DNA of 64,000 nucleotides from Isurus oxyrinchus (GCA_026770705.1 JANJGN010000192.1:496001-560000); one strand, 5' to 3'; counted from the stretch's first letter, positions 1 through 13,646 are shown. Made by a program: numbers and translations. Notes: generated by a model from the letters alone, not told the origin.

Positions 1-1030
1 TTTTTATATATACAGCTGACGTAGATCAGTCTCTAGCCATTATTATCTCTCAGGCTGTTAATAACGAGGGATTCAGCGATGGCAATGCTTATAAAAGTCA
101 AGGGGCCATGCTTGCACTCTCTCTTATTGGAGACTGCCTTCGGTGATGTGATGTGTTTCCCCTAACAGTCAGCGTAGTCCTGGGTAATGTCGAGGTCTCT
201 ATGTATTTTGTAATTTATCTGCTTCGGTTACTAAGGACTCCCGAAAGGTGCTGAACATTGTGCAGCTATCGATGAACATCACCCCTTCGGGTCTTTTGGT
301 GGAAGGCAGTTCATGATAAAGCAGCTGAAGGTGGTTGACCCTCCATGAGAACTACTGCAGTGATATCCTGGAACTGAAATGATTGACCACTAACTACCAC
401 AGCATCGTTCCTTTGTACCAGATAGGAAGTTAACCAGTGGAGAGCTTTCCCCATGATTCCCAATGACATCAGTTTTGCTGGGATCCTTGTTGCGACATTT
501 GGTCTATTGTTGCCTTGATGTCAAGGACGTCCACTTTCACCTCATCTCGGGAGGTTTGGTCATTTGTCCATGTTCCAGTTAAAGAGCGTGATGAAGTGAG
601 GGGCAGAGTGATCCTGGCGGAACCCAAACTGAGAGTTATGGAGGAGCTTATTGCTGAGTAAATCAAAAGTAAATGTGTTGAAGATGCTTTGCATTAGTTT
701 GCTTACACCGAGTAGCCCCATCATAGAGCGGCGACTGGACGTGTTGTATTCGTCCTTACATTTGCTTGGAGGATATACCAGGACAATTTTCCACATGGCC
801 GGCTAGATACCAGTATTGTAGCTGTACGGGAACAGCTTGGCTAGGCGGGTAGCAAGTTTTGGAGAACAGCTCTTCAGCACTATTGCTCTAATTTATTCAG
901 GGCCCATGGTCTCTGCATTGTCCAATGTCTTCAGCCATCTCTTGCTATCACGTGGACTGACTCAGTTTGGCTGAAGGCTGACATCGATGAAGGGTTATGC
1001 TCACGAGGGTGAGATCGATCAACCAGTCGG
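1..1030 (-). mobile_element. Degraded non-LTR retrotransposon (CR1-group LINE, 'family A') reverse transcriptase fragment
   Basis: Minus-strand translations give frameshifted RT motifs LLSNKLLHNSQFGFRQDHSAP and EVKVDVLDIKATIDQM(S)QQG. Homologous to 16255-17750 and 50560-51670. Confidence 0.8.
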
Positions 1031-2619
1031 CCTCCAAGTGCTAAGAATTTAAAGTTTTACAGCTGTTGACCAGTGATTGGAATCATTTTTACTCAAGTTA
1101 GAACACCATCATCTTCCCAAAATTGATCTTCATGGATTGTGAGGAACATCTCGCAGTTTTGTACCGTGTTTGATCATCAAACAAAATTAATTGAATTGTT
1201 AATGCGAGTAAATCAAGACCTATAAAATATTTCTAACCTATTGCATGATAATAAAGAATCGTAAGACTTCTGTGTAAATTGCTGAGTTCAATTAAACGGA
1301 ATCTGTAAGTAGCAGAGGCAGCTATTTACCTTTGAGATGATATAACAATTACAGTCAGTGCCAGGGCAGCATCATCCAATGTTCAATTTATCTTTGCAAA
1401 ACTGCATACTTCCGCAGCCACATAATGCATTTTACTGACCACACAGTAAATGCCCAATTCAATACATTAATGCCCGACCTCTTTTATGTTATTACATGTT
1501 CAATCACAGGACTGACTACATCTTTTAAAAATATTCCTCTTTTAATCGAACACACCCTCCAGCAATGAGAATATGGTGGCCGTGTGTGGTAGATGTGGAG
1601 GGAGGACAAAAACTTTTTTTTTCCGACGTTGGGAGACCTGGTCGGGTTCTTCCCGTCTGAATATAAGGCAGTTTAAATGTGGCCCCCATTTCCCACGGTT
1701 AAAGTCGGGAGCACATGTTTCATCTCACGAATGCTCATTAACTTAGCATCAGACGAGAGCATAGTGGGCTTCACGCCCTAACCAGTATCATTCTCACCAT
1801 TCGGATTCCAGGCCTGGCAACCTGTCGTGCATGGTGTGAGTGAGAACTCTCTCTAACCAAACTGATCGTGCAGACACCGTTCAACCAACTTTGTTAGGTG
1901 CCTGGGTCTTGGGCCCAGGTGATGGTATGATGGCAAGGAATAGGAAAAAGACACAAAGGGAGTTGGGGGAGGCGTGCGGAGGGTTGCATCCTTAAAAAGC
2001 ACCTGAGGGTCTGAATGGAATTCAGAAAAGAGGTGGCATCGAATGTGGTTTTTATAAGAAATCCTGGATGGTAATCTCTGAAGGGAATTTTGGGGGATTG
2101 CCTGTAAATGGCTGAAGAACGTGGCCTGCAAATGGTAGTGGGGAAAGTGCTCTCTAAAGGTAGGGCGTCAATGGTTTTCTTTTTGGGTTTGGGCTTGTGG
2201 TTTGTGGTTAAGAGTCATTGCCTGTTCTGGACTGGTTAGCGCTGTGTTGAGGTCCTGCATGCTACCTGAGGGTTTAATTTCTTAGTGCATATGGTTACAG
2301 TGACATTGTGTAGAAAGATGACTTAGGGTGGGATGATAAATATGCATCTCTTTCTCAGTTGCAATGTTGGTAGGGAGGGTGATGGAGGGCGACTGTAGAG
2401 GTGGCATCAAAAAGGGGTTGAGCAGGGCGAGTGTGAGCTTGAACAAAGTAACGTGTGTGGGATCAGGAGAAGGGAAGGTTTGTCCCGTTTTAGTGTTATA
2501 GGTTCCAGGGAGATGCGAGAAGGTTCAAGACTGCCAGAGGGAAGTGTTGGTTTCACATTGCAGAGTGCTGAATGGTGATTGGGGGAAGATGCTGGGTGAC
2601 AGGCTATAACTTGATGGAT

Positions 2620-3180
2620 CATTCAGAAACTGAACATCTAATGACAATCAAGCTGACAAAATGGCCAGTGTCTAATCATACATCAAGTAACTGACTGATT
2701 ATTAGCTGACCAGGTACCCAGCAAAGTAAGGGTCAGAATACAGTGAGACAGAACTGCAAGACATTCTAGAACTGAAGATTTAGTGACCGGAAACAACGCA
2801 GTGTATATACATATGACAGGGGATCCAGGTACTGACCAATTCTCCACGACCTGTTAGAAAACGTCCAATATCCCAGAGCAGAGCTAAATTCCCATAAAGT
2901 CGATGGAGACTTGGGCCTAGGAAATGAAGCTGGATAGGTGGAAGATGGATCAGTGCAGAACTATTCAGTGATAATTATCATACTGACTGCAAACATAGAG
3001 GCAGAGTTCAGAAATAAGGAAAGTTTAAGATTATCAGATGAGTTGTGATTTTGACTGGAAGGAATGGAAAGCATCTTCTTCAATATCATAGTAGGAACAG
3101 TGGAAGTTTTCAAGGAGCACAGAGTGACGTTAAAGACTAAGTATGCCCCTGGAAAGTGATATAATAAGGCAGAAGATCTA
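2620..3180 (+). mobile_element. Possible very degraded LTR-retrotransposon (copia-like) pol fragment
   Basis: Weak by-eye resemblance to the integrase-RT linker of copia-like elements (TYM..G, MDW..E..W-like words). No intact frame. Confidence 0.25.
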
Positions 3181-3480
3181 TGCCGGACGACGTAAATCCC
3201 CGATGGAAACTTGATTGTGCTGCAACAGCCGTTTTGCAATTTGCACTTATTAAGAGACATGTGCACTGATTTCAGAAGCAATAAGTCCTCCAACAACTTT
3301 CGAGGTTTCAAAAATTAAATTAAATTATATTTTAAGACAATATAAAGATTTCAGTTACATCCATAAAACTACAAATTGCTTTTTGGCAGAGGAACTACTG
3401 AGGTTCCTAAATAAACTAATCCCCAGTCACGCCCCCTTTAAGGCAACAGTCCAAAATAGATTTCAGAATTAAAACGGGCC
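3181..3480. mobile_element. Truncated LTR-like sequence, probably the 3' LTR of the adjacent Gypsy element, cut by a CR1 insertion
   Basis: Shares blocks with 9021-9725, e.g. gtgcactgatttcagaagcaat vs gtgcactgaattcaaaagtaat and tttaaggcaacagtccaaaat vs tttaaggcagcagtccaaaac. Confidence 0.55.
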
Positions 3481-3935
3481 TAGCACATTAAAAAAAAAAG
3501 ATAGCGGAATTCCAAACGGCTTTGCCCCAACCCGAGTTTCTGCAGCCTTGCCCCCTCCTCAATACTACCTGTGCCTCCAGCTATCTTTGTATCTTCTGTA
3601 ACCTTAACTACGATGCCCTCAGTTCCTTCATCTAGAACTTTAATGTATAAAGTGAAACGTTGTTGTCCCAACACTAACCCCTGCGGAACTCCACTAGTCA
3701 CCAGCCGCCATTTTGAGAAGGACCTCCTTATCTCCACTCTTTGTCTGCTTCCAGACAGCCAATCTTCTATCCATGCAAGTACTTTGCCTCTAACACCATG
3801 GGCTCTTATCTTACTGAGCAACCTCCTGTGCGGCGCCTTGTCAAAGGCCTTCTGGAAGTCCAAGTAGATAACATCCATTGGCTCTTCTTTGTCTACCCTA
3901 CTCATTAGCTCATGAAAAGAATTCTGACAGATTTG
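3480..3935 (-). mobile_element. CR1 LINE ORF2 reverse transcriptase fragment
   Basis: ORF 3480-3941: VDKEEPMDVIYLDFQKAFDKAPHRRLLSKIRAHGVRGKVLAWIEDWL...VTSGVPQG...EDTK (degenerate FADDTK). Confidence 0.92.
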
Positions 3936-3949
3936 AGTCAACTGAAGTT

Positions 3950-6900
3950 ACTTCAGCCTATTGTCCAGCCTTGAAATCTCCAATTTCCCTATCATCTGTA
4001 AGCATGAATGCAGCTGCAATTAGACTTTCTCAAACAGTCGAATGCACTGAATGTGCTTTGCATGATGGCCGTTAAAAGCTTCATCTGAATACTATTGCAC
4101 GTCGGCCTCGAAACCTGTCCAGATATTTTAAAGGATTGTTCTTTGTATAAGCAATTATTTCTTTTGAACTATTTGCAAATAAACTTCAATATTTTGCAAC
4201 GCTAAGACCAGAACTTGTGTCTCCTTTTCGATCGTTTAACATATTCTTTGATGTGCATTTCAACTTTCTTTATTTTTATTTTCAGTTCCATATTCTTGCA
4301 ACAGCATAGCGCCATTGCCTGCATGAGTTGCGTCAACAGCCAACTTAAATTACTTGGCATTTTTGCCTACTGCCAAAACTGATGTCGTAGTTGATACAGT
4401 TTTTAATCTGTCACATGACTTCAGACTCTCCAGTGTTCATTGAAACTACATGTTGTCTTCTTCATCGGTCAGCTAATGGAGCAATCGTACACTTAAAATG
4501 TGGTACAAACGTCCAGTAAAACCCATTATTGCAGAAATCTTAGAACTTCTCAATTTGTTGTCGGAACGGGGAATCCTGCATTGGCTTTGACATTCACAGC
4601 TCTTTGAGCCACCATTAGAGGTCAAATGAAATGTAACTGGTACTTTTGTAAATCCGCTTCGCCACCAAATTGGATTCTTGCAATGGTTTAAGTAATTCTT
4701 CCAGTTGTAAATGCTCTTCCACGCCTGGCTGAAAACTATCAAGCCATCAAAATCGATAGTCCAATTGCTCAGCCGAGCAATGACTTTCTCAATGTTTGAA
4801 ATGATGCTGGTGCATTTTTCATACCGAATGGCATTAATTAAACTGATGTAATCAACTTGGCAAAACAAAAGAAAACGATATCTCCTCTGCCTTCTCTGAT
4901 AACTCTACTTGCCCATATGCTTCAGCCAGTCAGATTTTGTGATGAAGATTGATTGCTCCGATGCCTCAAAGCAATTTCCCAACTATGGTATGGGATAGAA
5001 ATCAACTTTTGTCACTACATTCAACTTAAAATAGTCCCCTCACAGTTCTGAGTTCCACCTGGTTGTTGTACCATCACAATATGCAAAATCTAATTACAGC
5101 ACTGAGACAAAATAATGTAATTTTAAGAATGAATTCTGTTACTTTCTCTTCTTGCGATAACTTTGGTGGGTTTAATCAACCAGGAAGTTTATTTTATTGA
5201 AATTTACTCCCCTACACCAAAATTATATGTAGCTAAATTTGGCCTCGTTATCTTTTCCTGTAGTAGCTTTGTGCGAGTGCAATACTTTCTCCATATCATT
5301 TCAAAGCTTGTTTGGAAGATAACTCTGTTGTACCTTTACAGTAGAAGTATCCCATATGAAAAATGTGGTTCGATGAACTTTCAGAATCCTTCATTTATAA
5401 CTTTCTGTCTCTAAATCTACCACAACAATGCCTCAATTTGCTTCTCTTTGTCAAAGTGATATTTTAGCATATTTGCATGACACACGCACTGTGTCTTCCC
5501 TCCAGCTGGAGTACTAATTCAATAATTTATTTCACTCAGTATCCTGTCAATCCTGTAACGCCCAACAAACTTTCCTTTTAACAATTCATCCCGCACTGGT
5601 GACAAAACGTAAATTTTGCCTCATTTAAAAATAAAATACAAGCAGTGGCTCTACCTTTAATTTAATCACATGTTCTGCTGACTTTAAATGTTCCCTAGCT
5701 TGCTAGCATGCTGTGGTCAATATTTCGTTGAAGTTTGATGCATAATCATGGAGAGTATTTTCCGAATTTTGACCAACAAATTTCCGTTTAATGAACTTTA
5801 CTCCTACATTTACCTCTTGACCATAGACTAATTCGAACGGTATAAATCTAATAGATGCATTAGGAGCAACACAAGGAGCAATCAGCACGAGTGGAACACC
5901 CCTAAACCAATCCATCCTTGATGATAAGCCGTCATAGTTGTTTTTAAATGTTGGTGCATTTTTTCCAAAGCCACTTATAATTCGGGATGATAGGTTGTTG
6001 ACCTTATTTTTTTTTTATCCCCAAGAAGGTCGTTACTTCTGAAAACAGCTATGACATGAATTTTGACCGCTGATCGGATTGCATTTCTTTAGGTAAAGCA
6101 TGTTTCTTGGAAAAAAATGTCACTTCCTCCAAAATTCGCTTCTGTAATGTTTCCCGAAGGTATCGCCTGTTAAATCCATGTTGACATATCCATTATTGTT
6201 AGCAAGAACAGATTTCCACTTTTCGCCTTAGGGAGCTGTCCTGCACAATCATCCATAACAGTAGAAAAAACGTTGCTGCAGTGATGGAATTGGTGTTCAA
6301 GATGCCTGCTTGATCACTGCTTGTAGGTTGCCTATCACCTGCCATGTGTGACATGATCTATCGAATTTCATTACATCTCTATGCAATCCAGAACAATGGA
6401 AATACTTTTTCTCTCTTCTGTGTATTTCTAATTCCTAAATTCGCCCTATTGGAATTCCCAGAGCTACTCTTAATGCCCAATTTATAAACCCAGCTGGTAT
6501 ACCAACCTGATGCACTTACATCCATTTTTACCCGCCAGAACTTGATATGGTCACAATTTCTTTATTAACATATTGCCCTTTAGGTAGTACCATTTTGGAA
6601 TACATTCTCCCTCTGTTTCTGAGTGAGCTGTCTGATATAACTATGCCATTCGTGGATCTTTTAGTTGTGGCTCTACCAAATGGCTTAAACTAAACACTTC
6701 AGCTTCATTATCTTCCATTATTTCTCCCTGAACAATGTTATCAGAGGTCGTGTCAGCTGATTGAGCTTTAGCATGTTTCTCCTGTCTTTAACCTTGTTCT
6801 TCTCCCTGTTTCCACGTGTGAACTAGTGATCTTGTGAGTGCACAATCTGGAAACAATCCAAGATGCTCTTTCTTCAACATTTCTGTTCAATGCATAATAC

Positions 6901-8530
6901 AGAATGCTCAAATAAAGTATGCTTCACCGATCCCAGCTGCCCAGCTATATAATGATCTAAAATAAAGTCTACCTCCACAATGGAAAATTTTGCACTCCAA
7001 CAATCTCCTCATCTTTTACGGATACACTGTTTAAATTTAACTTCCGGCAGGGAAAATGTTTAGCATCTCCACAGCCCCGCTTATTAACATTTGTTCCTGC
7101 AATGCTCCCCTTGAGATACAAATAACACTACCCAATATCAGTTCGTATTGACTATCCCCTGTGTCCCTTAATATATGAATATTTTGACCTGCTCCACGCT
7201 GCATAAATGTAAAAACTAACCCTACACATACAAAACGTTTAAACAGTTCTGCAATCAGGAATTCAGAGCTCCCCCGGGGTAAGTTGTTAACACACTCCTA
7301 CTTCTTTATGCATCACTGATCCTTCCTGTTTTATCTGTACGCAAACCACTTTTTTTTGTCCTTTGTTTTTCTTCCTGTGTCTGGACCACAAGAACCACGG
7401 TACACTTAATTCCAGGATTTTTCTGCATTCCAGTTATTGCAGCAGCTTTTCCCGTTAATCTCCAGTGCATTGTCTTCGTATGCCCAAATTTGTTACAATG
7501 AAGATACCACAGGTTCCATGGGCTGCTTTCATACTCAGAACCTTCCTTTTGTGTTATGTGACAAAACTCCCTAGGAATTCCCAAATACACCTTCTCTTCT
7601 CTTATTACTTGCATTCATTTCAGCTTCTGACTTTCTGTGTTTCCCTGATTTTATAAAACCTTACGAAATAAAGGCTTATATCTATGAACTAACTGATAAA
7701 CATCAGATATCTCTGTTGCTTGTTATAGTGCTTTAAGGCTTTGCTCTTTCACATGACTACTCCCGACTAATGGGACCGAATCTCAAAATTTTTCCGAAAG
7801 GATTATTTCTCTTAGAGACACCTGTGTTGTCTTTACTTTTAATGCACTTATCCACAGATCAAAATAACTTTGTTTTACGATCTCAAACACAATATAAGTT
7901 TGTTAAGAGCGTTTTTTTCTTGCGAAAGTTCTGCTTGTACCCCCCAGGAACCAATTCTTCTGCACTCAAAAAAACCTGTTTTACTGCAACGTAATCCAAT
8001 TAAATTCTTCTGACAGTGAAGTACAAACACCATGAGGTCTACCCAGTAACATATTCTGTAAAAGAAACGCACAATGTTCTTGTGGCCTTTAAATATTCTT
8101 AGCTATCCTTTGACATAAACTCAAGAGCGCCTCTACATCCCCGTCCTCAAAATTCGGAAGATTTTGCACGAATTTGAACCTCTGCCCAGTGGATTTTAGT
8201 TTGAACTTTTTCTCATCATGGAAACATTCGTCAGCTCAGGTCTACGCTTTATAGTCCAGATGTTAAACTGACATTCTCATTCTCCCTCCTTCTTCTTGTC
8301 CATTGCCCCCTTTTCTCTCTGAAGGTCGAATTTTCACATTTTCATTTATCTTTTAAATACACTTTATGTTTCTCTTTCTTTCTCTGCCCCTTCTTTTTAT
8401 ATTATCTTCAGTCCCAGCTTTATTTTAAAAATGAATTTCCATTGCTGGTTCAAATTTATAATTATTAATTTGTAACATAAGTCTGACTTTCTCCAGCTTT
8501 GACTAGCTCGTGTCATGTATGACTTCCAAC
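3950..8530 (-). mobile_element. Degraded Gypsy/Ty3 LTR retrotransposon internal region, Gmr1-like domain order (gag-PR-INT-RT-RNaseH)
   Basis: Minus strand, right to left: gag (LPNFEDGDVE ~8150), zinc-knuckle relic CNKFGH (~7490), protease ILRDTGDSQ (~7165), integrase GLHRDVMKFDRSCHTWQ (~6350), DCAGQLPKAKSGNLFLLTIMD (~6230) and FIPFELVYGQEV (~5830), RT YPIP...MPFGMKNAPASFQ (~5000-4800), RNaseH FKLAVDA...LLQE and IEKET..LVLALQ (~4350-4190). Many stops and frameshifts. Confidence 0.88.
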
Positions 8531-8554
8531 TTCAAATGCTGGGCCATACCTCGG

Positions 8555-8710
8555 CCATTTTCCACATAGCCAGATAGATGCCGATGTTGTAGCTCTACTA
8601 GAACAGCTTGGCTAGGGGTGCTGCAAGTTCTGTTGCACATGTAATCAGGACTGTTGCTGGAATATTGCCAGGCCCATAGATTTTGCTCTATGCCATGCCT
8701 TCAGGAGTTT
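8555..8710 (-). mobile_element. Short LINE family A fragment
   Basis: ttttccacatagccagatagatgcc...aacagcttggctagg matches 788-845 and 17630-17690. Confidence 0.7.
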
Positions 8711-9020
8711 AACTTAAAATATACCTGTCTGCTTTGTTGCTACCTATAGCCTCAACAGCAATGTATTCGACAATTCTGTTAACTTGCAATTTGGTATTTT
8801 TTCTAACGCCATCACAATTATAGTTTCTACTCCCAAAAAAGTTTTACTTATGGATGCAGCCATTGTGTGTAGTTTTATCTCGTTAAAATCAGTCCCACAA
8901 CTCCTGAATTCAATGTGCTTCTTGTAATCATACACTTTCTATTCACCAACTCCAAACCAATCAAGGACCTTCAAATATTCGGCAAAACAATCCTAATATT
9001 TTATGAAGTGACTGAAGATG

Positions 9021-9725
9021 TGTAACCGCGGACCAAATCCACGATGGAATCTTGATCAAGCTATCAGAAATGAGTTACCATTTATATTTACTGCAAGCTG
9101 TGTGCACTGAATTCAAAAGTAATGAATCCACAAAGAATTTTGAGATGTAGAAAAAAATCAACCATTTCTAAGCAAGATACAAATGATTTCAAGCATGCAC
9201 GTCATAGGAAAAAATACTTTCCACGACAATAACTCGTCAAATTCCAGGATAGCATGACTCCCAAATGTATTTCATTTAAGGCAGCAGTCCAAAACAAAAT
9301 TCTGAATTGAAATAGGAAACGCAAATTTACCCAACACCAACGGGACAGTGCAATTCAAAATTAATCTTCCCCGACTTCCATTTCGTTATATAGCAGACTT
9401 ATGAAAAAATTCTGGAGATGTCATTACGTCTATTTCACTCAGTCCTGTTGGAATTTTCACCCACCACATAACCTTTCGTTCATCTGTATATATGTTCGGA
9501 TCTTATAAATATGTAGGATTTGTTGTTCCATATGTCTTTGAATTTCTATATTCCTCATAATACTAAAACATTTATATTGCCAACATATATTTTCAGCAAT
9601 GTCTGCAAAAATTAAACGCATGCACTTGCATTGATTACCTCGGTAATTGTAAACACACTAACATCCTTTTAAAATCATTTAACCCTTAATTTATCTAAAA
9701 ATGCAAATTCCCTTCATACCTTACA
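9021..9725. mobile_element. LTR-like element (solo-LTR type)
   Basis: Inverted termini TGTAA...TTACA, ~700 bp. Homologous to 3181-3480, 25155-26066 and 35232-35949. Confidence 0.6.
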
Positions 9726-10267
9726 TGCTAATGCAGCGTCAATGGTTACTCTTTAGTTATGAAGCAACTGCATCTTTTGATGTTTTAAAGCCTGTAACCT
9801 GTTTGATTACAAATGTAATTAATTAACACAGAAAACGATCTATATTTACCCGTATAAATGTACTTTACAATAAAGGAGAAAAGAATTGTGAAAAATATAT
9901 AATTTCATCGCAAAACAAATTGGGTATGAATGCCAAATCTACCGACCCAAGCAAGTCAATTTAATTCTGAATCAGATACTGAAAGATGCATTCTGATAAA
10001 TGTCTGATGAAAGAACTGTAGTTGAAAGCAAGCAAGGAAAATTAAAAAGTGAACAGAGGACATGGCAATGTCACCGATAAAGTTCAAACATAACTGGCAC
10101 ATGCATTGCAATTACGAGAAAAAAAAAATAGTGGACGATTGTTGAAAACGAAGGGCCTGACAGACACTAAACAGGTGGCTAGTGCACAAAAATTAAAATG
10201 TAGACATGCCTCGTAATGAAATCTTTTAGAACAGACGGAATGAGGACCCGAATGCAATATCCAACGT

Positions 10268-10335
10268 GGTGGGGGGGGGGGGGGGGGGGGGGGGGGTGGG
10301 TAGTGGGAGGGGTGGGTGGGGGGGGGGGGGGGTGG
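10268..10335 (+). repeat. Poly-G / G-rich low-complexity tract
   Basis: A run of about 26 G, then GGGT/GGGA-interrupted G runs. Confidence 0.95.
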
Positions 10336-10669
10336 ATGAGGCCTTAACAGCACTAACTGCCACCTAGCAGATATAGTAAAAACAAAACCATGTGGAGGTA
10401 AGAAGCGCACATAAATGCATGCGAAAAAGGACATCAAGGCAAATTAGAAATTTTTTCCAATCCATTGTTTTCAGAGGTTCCAGAATGGAGCAGTCGCATT
10501 CTTAGAGAAATCAAAGTGTGACATCACACATTTATTCATTTTCAGAACTGCTGTGCTTTGTGAGAAATTGCAAGGACACGATAGTTGTAGTAATGTTTAC
10601 AAATTTCATTGAAGCAGTGTTCATTACTTACAAATTAATTAAGAAATTACTTATTATACAAAATAAAGA

Positions 10670-11190
10670 AAGCATGGCAGGTTATATGTTGCGACTGCAG
10701 AATATGTGATTTTCTGGTAAACAGAGTGACCCAGGGCGTTATTGCCTGTACTGTCTGTCTAAATCTCGAGGCAATTGGACGCATTGTCAGTGACCTGGAG
10801 GTCAACCTGCAAACACTGCTATGCTACATGGAAGGGAATATTTACTTGGATGGTGGGGCTTTCCAAACCCGTTGTAAAGGAGCCCGCCACAGGGAATATA
10901 GTGGAATATAGCGGTGGATGATCCGGCCTGCTGGTGGTGCAGGATAATCCTGCCTTATTTACAAGTAATCAGTCACACAATTTGGGATAGCATCTTCTGA
11001 TTGGATCAGTGGCAAGGGCAGGAGGATATGACTGCAAGTGATGCTGGTGTGATTACCAAGAAGGTTGAAGTGTTGGAGCCTCAGCTTTTCAATTGTCCAA
11101 GAGTTTCGATGCTCTTGCAGCCTATATGGATGGGTATAGTGGATTCAGGATGGGGGAATAAATTGAGCATCGTACACAAAGTTATTCAAG
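10670..11190 (+). mobile_element. CR1 ORF1 5' fragment (Cys-rich plus leucine-zipper region)
   Basis: IACTVCLNLEAIGRIVSDLEVNLQTL resembles the CxxC and coiled coil of CR1 ORF1. It resumes at ~12560 after an inserted minus-strand CR1. Confidence 0.6.
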
Positions 11191-11194
11191 CGAG

Positions 11195-12350
11195 AACAGA
11201 AAAAACATACAAACATTCTGAATATGAGCACAGGTTGGCCGTTCAGCGTATTGAGCCTGCTCTACAGTTCAATAAAATCATGGCTGATATGGTTTTGTTT
11301 CGATATCTACATTCTAAGCAATACCGACAATGTTTGATTTATTTTCTTAACACGGAGCCATCTACCTCTGCCATAGCAGGTACAATGAATTCGCTTCCAC
11401 CAGAGTCTGGGAGAAAGCAAATCTCCTCATCTCTGTCCAAAATAGTCGGTACAAAGATTAAAAAGTCCCCAAGTTCTGGATTCAATGACAAGTGGAATCA
11501 TCTTTTCTACGTCGACATTTTCTCGATGGTTCAGGATATCAAATTCTTCAGACAAGTCACAAATCACTCTTGAAATCTCCAGTAGAAACAGGCCCGGACT
11601 GTCGAGCATTTCCTCGTTTGAAAACTCGCACATTCCAGGCATCAATCCAGTGACCCCCTTCTGAAACGTTACCAATTCATGTACATCCTTCCTGAAACAA
11701 GGAGACCAAATTTGCAAGCAATCCTTGAGGTGCGGTCTCACCAATGCCATATTGAACAGAGGAATAACATTATTGCTCCCATGCTGTATTCCTCTCATAA
11801 CATGGTACATCATTCCATGAGCTCTCTTATTTATTTGTTGTACATGCATGCTAATCTCCTGCTACACAAGCATGAGAACACGTAGACTCCTCTGCACTCA
11901 GAATGCTGCAGCCGTACAACTTCGCGTTTTCCCACACACAATGGTACACTGGTGTTGTCGCTGGGCCAATAATGCATAAAAAAGGAATATGCTCTGTCCA
12001 TACCTGTGCTGCGATGGCGAGCGACATCCATCTCCCATGAATGAATATAAAACACTCTTTCTGCCATATTTTTGGCCAGTTACTCAACCTATATATAATC
12101 TGTCAAATTTAGGTACCACACCTTCACTCGCCACATCCATGTCATTGATGAGCACTGAAAAGGTTAAGGCTCCAGCATTAACGCCTGTGGCAATCCACTC
12201 GTCACATCCGGTTTGTCAGAAAAAAAAAACGAAAATTCGATGCATAATACTTTGTTTTTTCCGGGTAGAACAACCTAGTATGGAGACTAATCTGTTAACG
12301 CTACGCCATGAACTTATACTTTTCGTTATTTCCTTTGATGTGGCATCTTA
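11195..12350 (-). mobile_element. CR1 LINE 3' part (ORF2 C-terminus and 3' UTR)
   Basis: ORF 11427-11849 has ALVRPHLKDCLQIWSPCFRKDVHELVTFQK. A typical CR1 tail (ggccgttcagcgtattgagcctgctc...atcatggctgat) lies at ~11235-11290. Confidence 0.85.
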
Positions 12351-12559
12351 GATGAGGTAATGCGGAATTTGATGGACAGAGTGTGCCACGAATGGGGAAG
12401 GTCCATTTCCTTATGATAAGGCTTGAAGTTACAAAAACATGAAGTAAAAGCTCTGTGTCCGAATTCACAATGCGTTCATAAACAAACAAAAATATTGGCA
12501 GCACAAATAGACATAAACATCTATAATCTGACAGGCATTACAGAAAAGTGGTAGCTGTA

Positions 12560-12860
12560 TCTTTCGAGAAGTCTTTACCTGAAACTAGATGGCACGAGCG
12601 TTCTGCCAAGGCATATACTTTGGCCATTGGAAGGAGCTTTATATTAAATCGTGTGGGCAATGGGTCAGATTTTGGAAGATGTGATAAAACAAGTAGAGAA
12701 GCCAAGGCAAAATGACACGGTCGTGAGAAGGAAATGATGATCAGGACATGACGTTCATGAAAAAAACAGAGAATTGACATTAAAAATCGAATTCCATATG
12801 TGTGTTCTGGCAGCCATTACAGAGGCATGGCTGCAGGATGGCAAGGAAAAGGGGCTTAAT
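12560..12860 (+). mobile_element. CR1 ORF1 end / ORF2 endonuclease start
   Basis: LYLKLDGTSVLP-like ORF1 end, then AAITEAWLQDG (APE endonuclease ITETWL motif) at ~12810-12842. Confidence 0.55.
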
Positions 12861-13435
12861 ATTTAATGTTACTTTGCAACTTGGAAGGCCAAGAAGCTTG
12901 GCAGAATTGGATGGAGGCCCTGTAAATTAAGTAAAACGTTGATGCAACATGAATTATACATTTGCATGAATGGTAGGACCTGTGGAATAGAGGGCTTGGA
13001 TGAGCTGCACACTCCTCCCATCCGATGCAAAATATATTCAATATGCACAAAGTTTGCTAATGACCATCAGTAGCAAAGGGCATCCCCCGACCTGAGCTAG
13101 CCTGGTCTCCTTGTCAGTCGAAACGCCTGGCAATGTGTTTCACTATTTACTGTCCCCTCGCAAGTCATTCGATTGAACTAAACTCCCACAGAATGGACTG
13201 TTGTGATTCAGGAAGGCTGTTCAACAATAGTTTGTCAATGGCAATTAGAGATGGACAAACAATTGCTGAACTTGGCAACGATGACCTAGAAAGAATTCTA
13301 AAGAAATTTAAGGAATCAGTAGGTGCTAATCTGTGGGAGGTTTCCTTGTTGTTGTTTGCAGTGGTTTTACAAGACTTCATGGGGTCCAAGATACAATTTT
13401 GTGTACTCCAAAGCTAACTCCTTGTTTAATGCACG

Positions 13436-13646
13436 NNNNNNNNNNNNNNNNNNNNNNNNNNNNNNNNNNNNNNNNNNNNNNNNNNNNNNNNNNNNNNNNN
13501 NNNNNNNNNNNNNNNNNNNNNNNNNNNNNNNNNNNNNNNNNNNNNNNNNNNNNNNNNNNNNNNNNNNNNNNNNNNNNNNNNNNNNNNNNNNNNNNNNNNN
13601 NNNNNNNNNNNNNNNNNNNNNNNNNNNNNNNNNNNNNNNNNNNNNN
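13436..13646. other. Assembly gap (211 N)
   Basis: Run of N. Confidence 1.

Noticed and set aside
3181-9725. Complete provirus bounded by the LTR-like sequences at 3181 and 9021
   Set aside because: The two LTR-like copies are visibly quite diverged, no PBS (TGG...) adjoins the 9021 copy, unrelated sequence lies between gag and it, and no TSD is seen.
10084-10437. Proline-rich 117-aa ORF
   Set aside because: Artefact of translating the poly-G tract.
11001-11573. Longest ORF in the track (190 aa)
   Set aside because: Chimeric read-through of a CR1 ORF1 relic into an antisense CR1 tail.
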